Below are positions 9,637 to 18,593 of a stretch of DNA of 64,000 nt, one piece after another. Numbering within the stretch: the first letter of the stretch is position 1; the number at the start of each line of letters is the position of its first letter. The stretch covers positions 62,001 through 126,000 of IMG/VR virus record IMGVR_UViG_3300044997_001199; one strand, written 5' to 3'. A program made the translations under genes and the position numbers. Under the pieces are notes generated by a model that had not been told where the DNA came from, searched no databases, and worked only from the letters and a program-made list of their open reading frames with translations.

Positions 9637-10080
9637 TTAGATTACAAGAGATTGACTAGGACGAGTACTGTTGTACTCAATGGAACACCCATTTTCGTCA
9701 TCTTCACTGACTTCAATGTGAACATCGCGACCGGGATACCGCGCAGAGATTTGTATATACAAATCATCGGCAATCATTTCACAACTACGATGGTTGAGTT
9801 CTAAAAGGTTTTTACTATACAAGGATTCAAGCCAGCGTTTGAACTGGATAAATTCGATGTCTCGGTCGTTGTGCCACACACTGATTGACACCCTGAAATG
9901 AAAAATATGGCGATGAGGATGAGCAAGAAACGAAACATCGTCGGGGCCTCCGGTGGCCAGTTGAGGATCTGTTGCAGCAGCAGGATAGCAGTGTATGCCT
10001 TCCTTTTGAAAAGTCACCCAGATTTTACGCTGGGCTACTTGTTTGATACGTTCTGCAGTTTCGCGTTGGTGTTGGTTCAT
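9637..10080 (-). CDS. dpdL: QueD-paralog T-fold protein, DpdL-like (putative CDG decarboxylase)
   Basis: LAHPHRHIF matches the LxxxHRHxF signature that replaces QueD CxxxHGH; also SCEM and VSED..NG. Confidence 0.7.
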   Translation of the reverse strand: MNQHQRETAERIKQVAQRKIWVTFQKEGIHCYPAAATDPQLATGGPDDVSFLAHPHRHIFHFRVSISVWHNDRDIEFIQFKRWLESLYSKNLLELNHRSCEMIADDLYIQISARYPGRDVHIEVSEDDENGCSIEYNSTRPSQSLVI

Positions 10081-10607
10081 TTGATTACCTTGTCGTACTT
10101 GTATTGATCCCAGGATGTGAATTGCCGACGATCCATGAGGTCATGAAGCTCATGACACCACACACCGGGATTGGTTGCCTCGAAATCTCGATCATCCAAT
10201 TTGATCACAGCATTGTATCCCAACAACCCTATGTGAGGTAATTTAACTGAGATCATGGGCACAAATCTAGGCGATTCGGTAAGACTGGTCTCGGCCAGGC
10301 CTTCCACGCAGTCAACATCAAGATCCAGAGTGCACCAATAGCCTCGTTCCAGCAGAACCTGGACCATGGACTCCCACTGATGCCAGGCCGTGTCTGCAAA
10401 TACCAACCGCGGAAAACTGTGATTGGCACCGAAATACACATGTCTGATCGGGCTGGCTGCGGCCCGATCATGTTCTCCGATCTTCCATAGGATTTTTTCT
10501 GGGTCTTGCAGCCCGATCACAAACAGTGTACGGTGCCCACGCACAGGCGAATGTTCGATTTCGTCGCCCACAAAAAATTCAACGTCATTGTGTCCTGGTC
10601 GGTTCAT
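10077..10607 (-). CDS. Hypothetical protein translationally coupled between dpdA and dpdL
   Basis: 4-nt overlaps on both sides; G.EIE, HVYFGANHSF and N.GVW motifs; function unknown. Confidence 0.75.
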   Translation of the reverse strand: MNRPGHNDVEFFVGDEIEHSPVRGHRTLFVIGLQDPEKILWKIGEHDRAAASPIRHVYFGANHSFPRLVFADTAWHQWESMVQVLLERGYWCTLDLDVDCVEGLAETSLTESPRFVPMISVKLPHIGLLGYNAVIKLDDRDFEATNPGVWCHELHDLMDRRQFTSWDQYKYDKVIK

Positions 10608-12124
10608 ACGCTGTTTTCCAATTCATCTAGCAGTTGTTGATCAAATTCTTCATCTGGTAAATCTGTGTTGTTGGTATCAAACAGCAGATCAAACTGCGGC
10701 CTTGACGACCACACTCGTTTGCCCGTGAAGCCTCGTGTGCCTACAATTCTTTCCCATATTTTAGCATGATCATCTATGATTTGCAACGACTTTGTTCGAT
10801 CCTGCTCTGCAAACACTCGATCAATGATTCGAGCTGCATCAAGATCGGGGTCAGTGGGATGTAGCAACATATTAGGCGCTGTGCCCGAATCAAAACATCG
10901 ATTGGCTCGTTGTACCGATTCGAGGTGCATCCATACATTGTGTCCCATGAGCAAGGCGTAGCTGAACGAGTCCCACGACGTGCGACCTTCCTTGCCGATC
11001 TTGTTGAGATCACCGGGACAGTAGATACAGACATCGGAAATTTTCAATCGCGAGGAAATCGGAGAGTCTTCGAAATCGGGATGTATGAGATCCTGCCTCA
11101 CAGCATCTCCAAACGATCTTGAGTCCGTGGCATAGCGTTTGTCGTCGGCTGTGGGCGCCATCTGATAACTCCATTTGCCACGATGCGGAGTCAGGATGCT
11201 GTGATAGAGCTGGCCGTTGGCTGTGGCCAAGAACGGGCTAGCACAATCAAAACTCACAGTGAAGTTGGCGTTGTGATATTGACGCACTGCACGTTGTACC
11301 GCAGTCAAAAACACTGCCCATTCCAGGCGCGAAGTGCCCAGGAAGTGCATCCAGTCATGCACTCCGGTTTCCAACAACCCATCGTGTATCAAGGTCACTA
11401 TACGGCGCAGAACCAAGTGCGCGTCGCACATGTTCTGTCCGCCCATGCCCCAGCCATCGAAATGATTGGAGTGACGGCTGGGATCCGAAAAATGTTTCAT
11501 GGTGTCATACCAGTGATCGGCTTCGGCATGATTGCCGCCCTGCAGCACATTGAGTATCTTGGTAGAACCATGGCGATTGGCCACCCAGTAGTTGTTGTTG
11601 TATTCCGTGGCCCGCACTGCATCGTCATAACTGTGAATTCCAGATGCCGCAGCGGCCCGGGGATCACGGAAAGTCCAGGTGGGTATGTCCATGGTCATGC
11701 CGTAGGTAGCAATGCCCATCTGCCAGTCCAGGACCTGTGCTCGTCTTTTTTCTGCATCGCGGTCTGTGGGGTCAGCCCAGCGGCCTGGCCACACGCCCTT
11801 GGCAATCTGGAAACCGCCCGAATCTGCAAGTATGATCGAGCTGGGATCTCGATTGCGTATCATGTCTTCTTTGGGATCGGCCTTGGCAAGGTCGAGATTG
11901 GCATGTCCAGCCGAATACAGGCTCCAGCGATAAGGAAACAGACTCTGCTGCGGATTCAACCAGTTCATGGACTCCATGTCGGGTATGCCCGCGGGCATGC
12001 GCGCCGATTCCACATAGGCAGCGGTGCGCTGACGACCTATGTAACTGGAATAAAACGAACTGATCGCAGGTAGAAAAATCGCGTAGTCATTCTGTTTGGC
12101 AGCGAGATTGTCTTGTTTAGGCAC
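10604..12124 (-). CDS. dpdA: DNA guanine transglycosylase (TGT/DpdA-like)
   Basis: TGT motifs DSGGFQ, MDIP, NVLQG, GMGG, HFLG and SFDCASP; lies beside deazapurine biosynthesis and DNA replication genes. Confidence 0.85.
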   Translation of the reverse strand: MPKQDNLAAKQNDYAIFLPAISSFYSSYIGRQRTAAYVESARMPAGIPDMESMNWLNPQQSLFPYRWSLYSAGHANLDLAKADPKEDMIRNRDPSSIILADSGGFQIAKGVWPGRWADPTDRDAEKRRAQVLDWQMGIATYGMTMDIPTWTFRDPRAAAASGIHSYDDAVRATEYNNNYWVANRHGSTKILNVLQGGNHAEADHWYDTMKHFSDPSRHSNHFDGWGMGGQNMCDAHLVLRRIVTLIHDGLLETGVHDWMHFLGTSRLEWAVFLTAVQRAVRQYHNANFTVSFDCASPFLATANGQLYHSILTPHRGKWSYQMAPTADDKRYATDSRSFGDAVRQDLIHPDFEDSPISSRLKISDVCIYCPGDLNKIGKEGRTSWDSFSYALLMGHNVWMHLESVQRANRCFDSGTAPNMLLHPTDPDLDAARIIDRVFAEQDRTKSLQIIDDHAKIWERIVGTRGFTGKRVWSSRPQFDLLFDTNNTDLPDEEFDQQLLDELENSV

Positions 12125-12263
12125 TGATATCTCTTCGGCTAAGATGGTTCAAGATCTCAAATTGTTCCCAGGCCGCCTGCAGAGCGGGATTGTCACGCAT
12201 GCCCTGTTCTCTTTGATGGTCCTTGTGCATGCGTTGCAATGAGTTTTTTAACGAGTCAATCAT
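12117..12263 (-). CDS. 48-aa hypothetical protein
   Basis: Manual translation MIDSLKNSLQRMH...NPALQAAWEQFEIL; TAATG overlap with the clamp stop. Confidence 0.5.
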   Translation of the reverse strand: MIDSLKNSLQRMHKDHQREQGMRDNPALQAAWEQFEILNHLSRRDISA

Positions 12264-12985
12264 TATTTGCTCTGTGCCGGAAGAGTATAGTGGTACACCG
12301 CGATGCCAGAGTCCACGGTGATCTGAGCTGCACCTTCGTCAGAAATGCGCATAGTCTTGTCACCGGTCAGAGACAGGATACTGAGAACCTGCGCAACTGG
12401 CCATGACCAGGTTCGCCGCAGCGTTCCCTCGACACTGGGCTGGAACACAAAATTGCCAGCATGCGTGGAATGATCGCCAAAGTAGAATTTTAGATCACCG
12501 TTCTCGGTACGTGCCTGGAACGTGGGTTCTTCGGCATTGGCCTGTGCCTGCATGCGCAGACGTTGTATCGCGGCCACTGTGGGTTCAAACTCCAGGTGCC
12601 AGTTGGCTCCTTTGAACCGTGCGGTCTTGAGTTTTTCGTTGACGATTTCGGCAGCCATGAAACGATAACTGTTGCGGAAGTCACCGGCAGCATTGCGAAA
12701 GTTTACTCCATCGGGCACACCTGTGTCCTTGCGGGTGAGAGTGAGTTCTGCATCCTCGCGATATTCAGGCAAGTTCAACAGGATCTTGAGTTTGTTGAGA
12801 TTCGGCATGCCAAATGTGCCGATGAATTCGGGCACAGGATTCTTGAATTCTCCTTGTACTACCACTGACACATCTTCGGCTAAACCGTTGATCTGTGTTC
12901 TGCTATCATCACCTATGATTTTTACTAGATCAATACAGCCCAGATCGTGGGTATGTTCCACTAGATCTAACAGATAATCACGCAT
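12263..12985 (-). CDS. Sliding clamp (gp45/PCNA-like)
   Basis: 240-aa two-domain beta/alpha pattern, GTFGMPNL and terminal Y.Y.LPA; close to DNA polymerase. Confidence 0.65.
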   Translation of the reverse strand: MRDYLLDLVEHTHDLGCIDLVKIIGDDSRTQINGLAEDVSVVVQGEFKNPVPEFIGTFGMPNLNKLKILLNLPEYREDAELTLTRKDTGVPDGVNFRNAAGDFRNSYRFMAAEIVNEKLKTARFKGANWHLEFEPTVAAIQRLRMQAQANAEEPTFQARTENGDLKFYFGDHSTHAGNFVFQPSVEGTLRRTWSWPVAQVLSILSLTGDKTMRISDEGAAQITVDSGIAVYHYTLPAQSK

Positions 12986-13023
12986 TGCATTCTCCTATGA
13001 CATTGTGTAGTATTATACATAGT

Positions 13024-13983
13024 TTATTTAGACTTGGGTATGATTTTGGCCAAAGTTTGTGCACCTCGCATGCTGGCCATTGTTCCGGGGCGGCGCAGTT
13101 CCAGCCAAGCACAGTCTGCACTGCCGTGATAGTGTTCCAGTACCTCGTAGCCTTGCAGTTGTGCCTGATCTCTTACCCGACTGCCCGGGGTGTAACACAT
13201 GAACGAGCGTTCGGCCAGGCCGGCGCCATGTACCCAGTCGCAGTCATTCAAGGTCATCAGCAGGATGCCCCCGGGTCTCAGATGCTGCCAGATTTCCCGG
13301 AGATAGCGTTCGATCAGCTCGATGGGGCGGAAGTTGAAAAAATTATAGGCAAACACATAGCCAAATTGTTCGCTGGGCAACTGAGACAATATGGCCTGAT
13401 CGCTGCGGTCATCGATCACATAGCATCGCATGCGTCGTTGATATTCTGCAGGAAATCTTTCTTGTGACGGTTTCAGTAGATCAGGGTGCTGATCCACCAC
13501 ATAGAGAGGATCAAGCGCGACGAGATGGTCAATCCAGGGTTCCGCTCCGGGACGTATGATCATGCCGGGCACTCGCCAGTCCGAGTATGTCAGGATCTTT
13601 GCATGCAACCGGTCACGATCTGCGAGCTCGATGTCAAGGCGACGTGACAGTATGTAATCGACGGTTTCGTACTTCATTTCGTCTGTAAACAAACGACGGC
13701 TGCGTTCGTAATAGATTGGTTGTTGTTGTTCGATCAGTTCATCCACGGCCCGACGCAGGTAAGAAACACTGTGGCAGAAGTTTTCCATTGCATCGGTCAG
13801 AACTTGTTGCGCGCCGATCACACGACTGTTGTTTTTTTTAAAACGTACATGCGGGTTTTCTGTGGCCGCATGTACCACTCCGCTCAGCATGTGTTGTAGA
13901 TGTGCCGACACCGACACCAAATCTATGGCGTCGAGTTCGTTGCGATAGCGCACTAGATCGCTGAGTGGTGGTGCTGGTTTCAT
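13024..13983 (-). CDS. Methyltransferase-like protein with N-terminal helical region
   Basis: C-terminal FGYVFAYNFF...LRPGG.L class I MTase pattern; motif I is degenerate (IIRPGAE). Confidence 0.6.
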   Translation of the reverse strand: MKPAPPLSDLVRYRNELDAIDLVSVSAHLQHMLSGVVHAATENPHVRFKKNNSRVIGAQQVLTDAMENFCHSVSYLRRAVDELIEQQQPIYYERSRRLFTDEMKYETVDYILSRRLDIELADRDRLHAKILTYSDWRVPGMIIRPGAEPWIDHLVALDPLYVVDQHPDLLKPSQERFPAEYQRRMRCYVIDDRSDQAILSQLPSEQFGYVFAYNFFNFRPIELIERYLREIWQHLRPGGILLMTLNDCDWVHGAGLAERSFMCYTPGSRVRDQAQLQGYEVLEHYHGSADCAWLELRRPGTMASMRGAQTLAKIIPKSK

Positions 13984-16640
13984 GACCAGTCAAACAGAGC
14001 CTGAAAAGTGTTGGTGGTGTCGGTGGCCGACGCTAGATCCCATGACAGCACTCCCAAGAGATTGTCGACCTTGCCATCGATCACAGTGCTTTCCATTTTG
14101 GCATCGTCAAACGGCAACTCACGGAACCACAGTGGCAAGTGCAATTCGTCTGTGGGATAGGCGATAGAAGTCCAGCCCAGGGGATTGGCCCGGATTTTGC
14201 ACACAATAACTTTCATGCCATCAACGATCTGCATGGAATGGTTGTCGGAATTCATGCGTCTCAGGGCATTCCAGTTCAAGGCCGCTCGCACGTGCCCGGG
14301 CATGTTGGCACGGCCTTCGCGTTCTTCCTTTTTTTGATATCGAGTGAGATTGTTCACCCGCTTGGGACTGCCCTTTTCCCAACCCGGACGCTCACTGAAC
14401 TGATACTTGAATTCACGTATGCGCTCGACTGTCTGCTCTCGACTGGACCCCTGTAGCACCCCATCCAAGATTTCACTGAGAAATTCTTGAATGACCTTGG
14501 GTGTGTCTGATCGTTTGAGATCCAGCCCCATGGCCTTGACCTTGCCCGGCTTGCCATTGACATCGTATCGACGTCCTTCTTTGTCGTAGTAGAGCACAGC
14601 ATAGCGTTTCTTGGTAATGAACAAACCGCGGGTGGCCACGATTTCCCTGCCGCCGCGTATGACATCACCGCGACTCCTTGGACAATGAAATGCGCGTTCC
14701 ATAAACTGCGGAAAACTGGCATTGACCTGTTCGGCGATACTGTCGTAGAGCTGCACAGCAATTTCTTTTGACCATTCCATGCCGCCGGCATCCACTTCTG
14801 TCTGTACCGCAGGCCAGGCCGAGAAGTAACAGGAGTCTGTATCACCGTAGATGATGGCCTCTCCCACGTGATTATAGTGGCCTGTGATGCATTCGTTGAC
14901 GTAGGCGTCCATGTGTTGGGCAATGGCTCGACCCGTGAGTGTGGTGCTTTGTCCGATGCGCTTGTCAAAGAACCTACAGCCAGGATTGAGAATGGCTCCG
15001 TACAAACTGTTGAGATTGATCTTCTTGACCAGCTGTCGCTTGTCCCAGTATTCTTCGTCTTCTTTGGTAGTACACTCCCGTAGCCGGGCCTGCATGTCTT
15101 TGCGCTCGGCATGCCAACGGGCCAGCAAGCCCGGTATGATGGCTTCGGTTTCGTAGGTAAACACCGTGCCATTGGCAGTGAGTATCCAGGGACGATTGGA
15201 ATCAAATATCATGCGCCAGATTTCGGCGGCCGAGTGCACGGATTCTTCGCCCGACGCCCAATCAATGGTGATTTCAGTACCGCGCTGTTGTTCCATCACA
15301 GCAGTGTATTCCAGAGTACCAAACAATCCTTCCCAGGCCGCAGCAAAACTGGCACCAGATCTCTGCTTTTCGGAGATGTATCTGTCGGTCATGATCGGGC
15401 GTAGCTGTGCCACAATGGTTTCTGGACCCATGTTCAACGCACGAATAGTGGATGGATACAGACTGTTGATGTCTATGTTGGCCACCCAGTCGTGCATGCC
15501 CTTTTTGGGATAGGCCACATAGGCACCCGCGGCCTGTGTGTCCTCATCTGTGAGACGTTCATGCCGTGCAGGAACTACCAGGCCACGCTCGTGCGCTTCG
15601 TTGATGATGGCCTGTTCGGTCACGGCTACGGCTCCCATGGTGGTGGGTAGCAGCACGGTGTTTTCATGCGCCAGGGTGTTGGCCAGGTCCAGAAACCTTA
15701 GTTTTTTGTCGATCGCTGCCAGTAACTGCACGTCTTGGCGGTTGTACTCGATAAATGTACGCCAGTTTTGATTGTACAGTTGGTCCAGAGTACCTTCAAA
15801 CGCAGTTTTTGATCCCAGTTCTTCATACTCGCCGATGGCATCCAAGCTGTAACTGTGCCGCTCTTCGTAGGTGTACTTGCGGTAGAGTTGCATGTAGTCT
15901 ATGTGAACTCGACCCGTGAGATCAAATGTTAGATTTTCAGCACCAAATCGTTCAAAGGTTCGCTGCTTGGGCAATTGATTCCAGAGACAGAATCTTCGAG
16001 TATCATCTTTGCTCAGCACTCGAGTGGTACGCATCACGGTATAGGGGATATCGTAACCCTCGGAGTTCCAGCCTGACAGCACATCGGCGTCTTCGATGAG
16101 ATTGAGAAACGTGTCCAGGAGATCTCGTTCTTCCCAGAACACAAAGCAATTAGGGAATTCCGCTGAGATCTCCTGAGCAGTCCTTTCGCTCATATGTCTG
16201 GGCAGACGTACCAAGGTTACCAGTTGATCCAACCAATCCAGGTAGACCGATATGGCTGTGATGGGGTTGAATGGGTCCTCGGGGCGGCTGAATCCGCGCT
16301 CGGGGTCAAAGTCCACTTCGATGTCAAAGAACACAGTGTGCAAGCGCGGCGCATCCTGGCCTCGGTAGTTTTCTTCTAGACATCGAAATACCGGATTGAT
16401 ATCGCTTTCGTACAAGGATTTGCTGCTTTGTATTTTAAGCTCTTTGCGGAACTCCTTGGAATTTCGAGTGGAGAACCTTGACACCGGCGTACCGTAGATT
16501 GTCCGGAACTTACCACGAGGGTCATCGTAGTAGAATCTATACTCTGCAGGGTATTCTTTATATTCTCTAAGTCCGTTGCGCCTTTCCACAACGTGAATAC
16601 GATCGCGTTCGCGATCAAACAGTGCATCGATATATGACAA
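13980..16640 (-). CDS. DNA polymerase family B
   Basis: ExoI FFDIEVD, DINSLYPS, K.NLNSLYG and YGDTDS. Confidence 0.97.
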   Translation of the reverse strand: MSYIDALFDRERDRIHVVERRNGLREYKEYPAEYRFYYDDPRGKFRTIYGTPVSRFSTRNSKEFRKELKIQSSKSLYESDINPVFRCLEENYRGQDAPRLHTVFFDIEVDFDPERGFSRPEDPFNPITAISVYLDWLDQLVTLVRLPRHMSERTAQEISAEFPNCFVFWEERDLLDTFLNLIEDADVLSGWNSEGYDIPYTVMRTTRVLSKDDTRRFCLWNQLPKQRTFERFGAENLTFDLTGRVHIDYMQLYRKYTYEERHSYSLDAIGEYEELGSKTAFEGTLDQLYNQNWRTFIEYNRQDVQLLAAIDKKLRFLDLANTLAHENTVLLPTTMGAVAVTEQAIINEAHERGLVVPARHERLTDEDTQAAGAYVAYPKKGMHDWVANIDINSLYPSTIRALNMGPETIVAQLRPIMTDRYISEKQRSGASFAAAWEGLFGTLEYTAVMEQQRGTEITIDWASGEESVHSAAEIWRMIFDSNRPWILTANGTVFTYETEAIIPGLLARWHAERKDMQARLRECTTKEDEEYWDKRQLVKKINLNSLYGAILNPGCRFFDKRIGQSTTLTGRAIAQHMDAYVNECITGHYNHVGEAIIYGDTDSCYFSAWPAVQTEVDAGGMEWSKEIAVQLYDSIAEQVNASFPQFMERAFHCPRSRGDVIRGGREIVATRGLFITKKRYAVLYYDKEGRRYDVNGKPGKVKAMGLDLKRSDTPKVIQEFLSEILDGVLQGSSREQTVERIREFKYQFSERPGWEKGSPKRVNNLTRYQKKEEREGRANMPGHVRAALNWNALRRMNSDNHSMQIVDGMKVIVCKIRANPLGWTSIAYPTDELHLPLWFRELPFDDAKMESTVIDGKVDNLLGVLSWDLASATDTTNTFQALFDWS

Positions 16641-16712
16641 ATCAGACTCCTGGCAGTTTATGGCCTGCGCAACCTTTTTGCATGCTCGTGAGTGAGCGAC
16701 TCGGTGATGTAT

Positions 16713-16973
16713 TTAGAGAGTTTTACCAACAGTGGTCAGTATCGTTTCCAACAGTGCGTGATCCTGCTGTTCACGACTAAATTCAGACTTGTGCGCCAGT
16801 CGTATGGCCTTTTTGAGGACCGTGGGCTTGATGCCCAGCTCCTCGGCCACGGCCTTGACAGTGTCGGTCAGCCCGCCGTTGAGAGTTTCCACTTCGTGCA
16901 TGACCTGCATGCCTTCGTTGATTACCTGAGTGAGTTTGGCCTTTTGTTCTGCCGAAAAATTAATGTCGTCCAT
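16713..16973 (-). CDS. Small dsDNA-binding protein (T4 DsbA/GapR-like)
   Basis: 86 aa, helical; EELGIKPTVLKKAIRLAHK pattern; GGAGG RBS. Confidence 0.6.
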   Translation of the reverse strand: MDDINFSAEQKAKLTQVINEGMQVMHEVETLNGGLTDTVKAVAEELGIKPTVLKKAIRLAHKSEFSREQQDHALLETILTTVGKTL

Positions 16974-16999
16974 GATACCTCCGTTGAATGTTACTGGTC

Positions 17000-17028
17000 A
17001 TTGTAAACTAGTGCCTTGGTATTGTCAA
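17000..17028 (-). promoter_or_regulatory. Sigma70 promoter for the replication genes
   Basis: TTGACA-17 nt-TACAAT on the minus strand. Confidence 0.8.
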
Positions 17029-17037
17029 CAATAATGA

Positions 17038-17112
17038 CGCTCATTTTTGATCTAGAGGTGGCGAAACCTTTGATCAACACAGCAGCCGCGCACACGGCCC
17101 CAAGGTATGTTC
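17038..17112 (-). ncRNA. Candidate structured intergenic RNA (family not recognised)
   Basis: Stems GCCG/CGGC, UUGAUC/GAUCAA enclosing AGGU-UUCGCC-ACCU, and UGCU/AGCG. Confidence 0.4.
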
Positions 17113-17185
17113 AATGTGGTGAGTATGGAACCCGCGGAAGATCGCGTCCATCATCGTCGGGCAACACAGGATACGGGTATTCCAT
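17111..17185 (-). CDS. 24-aa micro-ORF MEYPYPVLPDDDGRDLPRVPYSPH
   Basis: TGATG coupling to the upstream gene stop. Confidence 0.45.
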   Translation of the reverse strand: MEYPYPVLPDDDGRDLPRVPYSPH

Positions 17186-18156
17186 CAACGTTCTTCCACA
17201 TAGTCCGCAGTGCTGTTGCCTCGATCACGGCGCTGGCGATAAAGATCCACGGCCATCTGGGCATGATCAAGGTTGGGAAAACGTGTGGGTAAACTGCGAC
17301 CTCCGCGACGTATTTCAAACCCACGCAGTTGATCACCGTGTATTTCTAACACCGACCCATTTTCCAGTGTAATGCTTTTGACTGCTGCTGGTTCTGACAT
17401 CGCAGAATCCTGTATGGATGCAGGCGGAAAAGTGGTCATGGTATCCACAGCAGTGGGATCTTGGTCCACGGTTTTGTTGTGCTTGGGTAAGAGAGCACAA
17501 TCTTTCTGTACCTTTTTTTCTAGACGATCAAGGTACTGGGTGAGATCGCGTTTGACTTTTGACAGCATGTCTTCTTCGATTTCTGCGATGGCTTCGGCCA
17601 GACTTTGCTCACGCACCCAGGGATTGTCTACTGGACGGCCCAGAGGTTCGGTGGGTCTCGGGTCTGGTATCGCACCACCCCATGAACCTGATTTGAAATA
17701 ACTGCTGGTATCCACTGGTTTCCAATCTGTAGTTACTTTGACAATGTTTCCTGGGTGATGGCGTTTGAACACACTCAATGCTTGATCAACTTCATCTGTG
17801 GTGATGTTGAGTTTCTTTGTACTGCCATCTCTATAGTGCGCAGTCCATAAGTAAGTTTCACCTGACTCATTGATATTGCTTTTGCCTTCATCTATGCTGA
17901 TTTCTTTAGCATTTAAGGCTTTCACTTTTTTTAACATATCTTTTTTATTGCCTTTATCAATTATTTTTTTACTTGAAGAATGAACAACCGCATACGTTGT
18001 AGATTTTGGAATTGCTTCATCAAGTTCTACTTTGTCTGATGACATATCAGCCAAATCGTTAAAAAATGCTTTCTTTTCTTCTTTCTTTTTTTTGTCAGCA
18101 GCAGATTCTTCTATGCTGCGTATGACATCCAGGAGTTTTCTTAGATCGTTTTTCAT
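17185..18156 (-). CDS. Modular putative head/internal protein
   Basis: Start MKNDLRKLL at an ATGA overlap with dps; many [ILV]xE motifs; AT-rich internal segment. Confidence 0.6.
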   Translation of the reverse strand: MKNDLRKLLDVIRSIEESAADKKKKEEKKAFFNDLADMSSDKVELDEAIPKSTTYAVVHSSSKKIIDKGNKKDMLKKVKALNAKEISIDEGKSNINESGETYLWTAHYRDGSTKKLNITTDEVDQALSVFKRHHPGNIVKVTTDWKPVDTSSYFKSGSWGGAIPDPRPTEPLGRPVDNPWVREQSLAEAIAEIEEDMLSKVKRDLTQYLDRLEKKVQKDCALLPKHNKTVDQDPTAVDTMTTFPPASIQDSAMSEPAAVKSITLENGSVLEIHGDQLRGFEIRRGGRSLPTRFPNLDHAQMAVDLYRQRRDRGNSTADYVEER

Positions 18157-18593
18157 GCTCTCTCGTCCTTGAGATAGGATTTCAACATCCAAGCATGCTT
18201 GCCGTGCGCATCAATGCGTTCGGCCAGGAAATTTGCGATGCCCTGTTGATCCTCGGCGTCCGCAGAATCAAAACAGCGATTTAGTAGATCCATCAAGACT
18301 TGATTATCGTCTAGCAGTTCTTGTATCATCAGGCGTGCTCGTGGTACCTTGATTTGTCCCCGGATCACGCTCAGCTCGGTAAAGCGTTCAAATGATCCCG
18401 GAGTGTAGTCATCCAGGGTGCGTATGTATTCTGCAGTGGGGTCCAACGCATCATAGACATCCTGGTATAGATTACCAAAAAATTCATGTAGTTGTCCAAA
18501 GTCAGGACCTTCTACATTCCAGTGGAAAAATTGTGCTTTGACCACGAAAGCATACTGTGTGGCCAACAATTGTTTGAGATCATTTGCGAGCAT
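18153..18593 (-). CDS. dps: Dps-family ferritin-like protein
   Basis: FHWNVEG..F..LH, D..AE.IR and K..WML; TAAATA at about 18625-18630. Confidence 0.92.
   Translation of the reverse strand: MLANDLKQLLATQYAFVVKAQFFHWNVEGPDFGQLHEFFGNLYQDVYDALDPTAEYIRTLDDYTPGSFERFTELSVIRGQIKVPRARLMIQELLDDNQVLMDLLNRCFDSADAEDQQGIANFLAERIDAHGKHAWMLKSYLKDERA

Noticed and set aside
11183-12073. Long plus-strand ORFs such as 11183..12073, 32982..33881, 39353..40090, 54050..54895 and 55607..56518
   Set aside because: Antisense to well-supported genes, with no recognisable motifs.
10604-12124. Ordinary tRNA-guanine transglycosylase (queuosine pathway)
   Set aside because: Lacks the CxCxxC zinc motif of bacterial Tgt, no queA/queF/queC nearby, and context is DNA replication; a DNA-acting role is preferred though unproven.
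13980-16640. Intein or intron in the DNA polymerase
   Set aside because: Length and motif spacing are normal for an uninterrupted Pol B.
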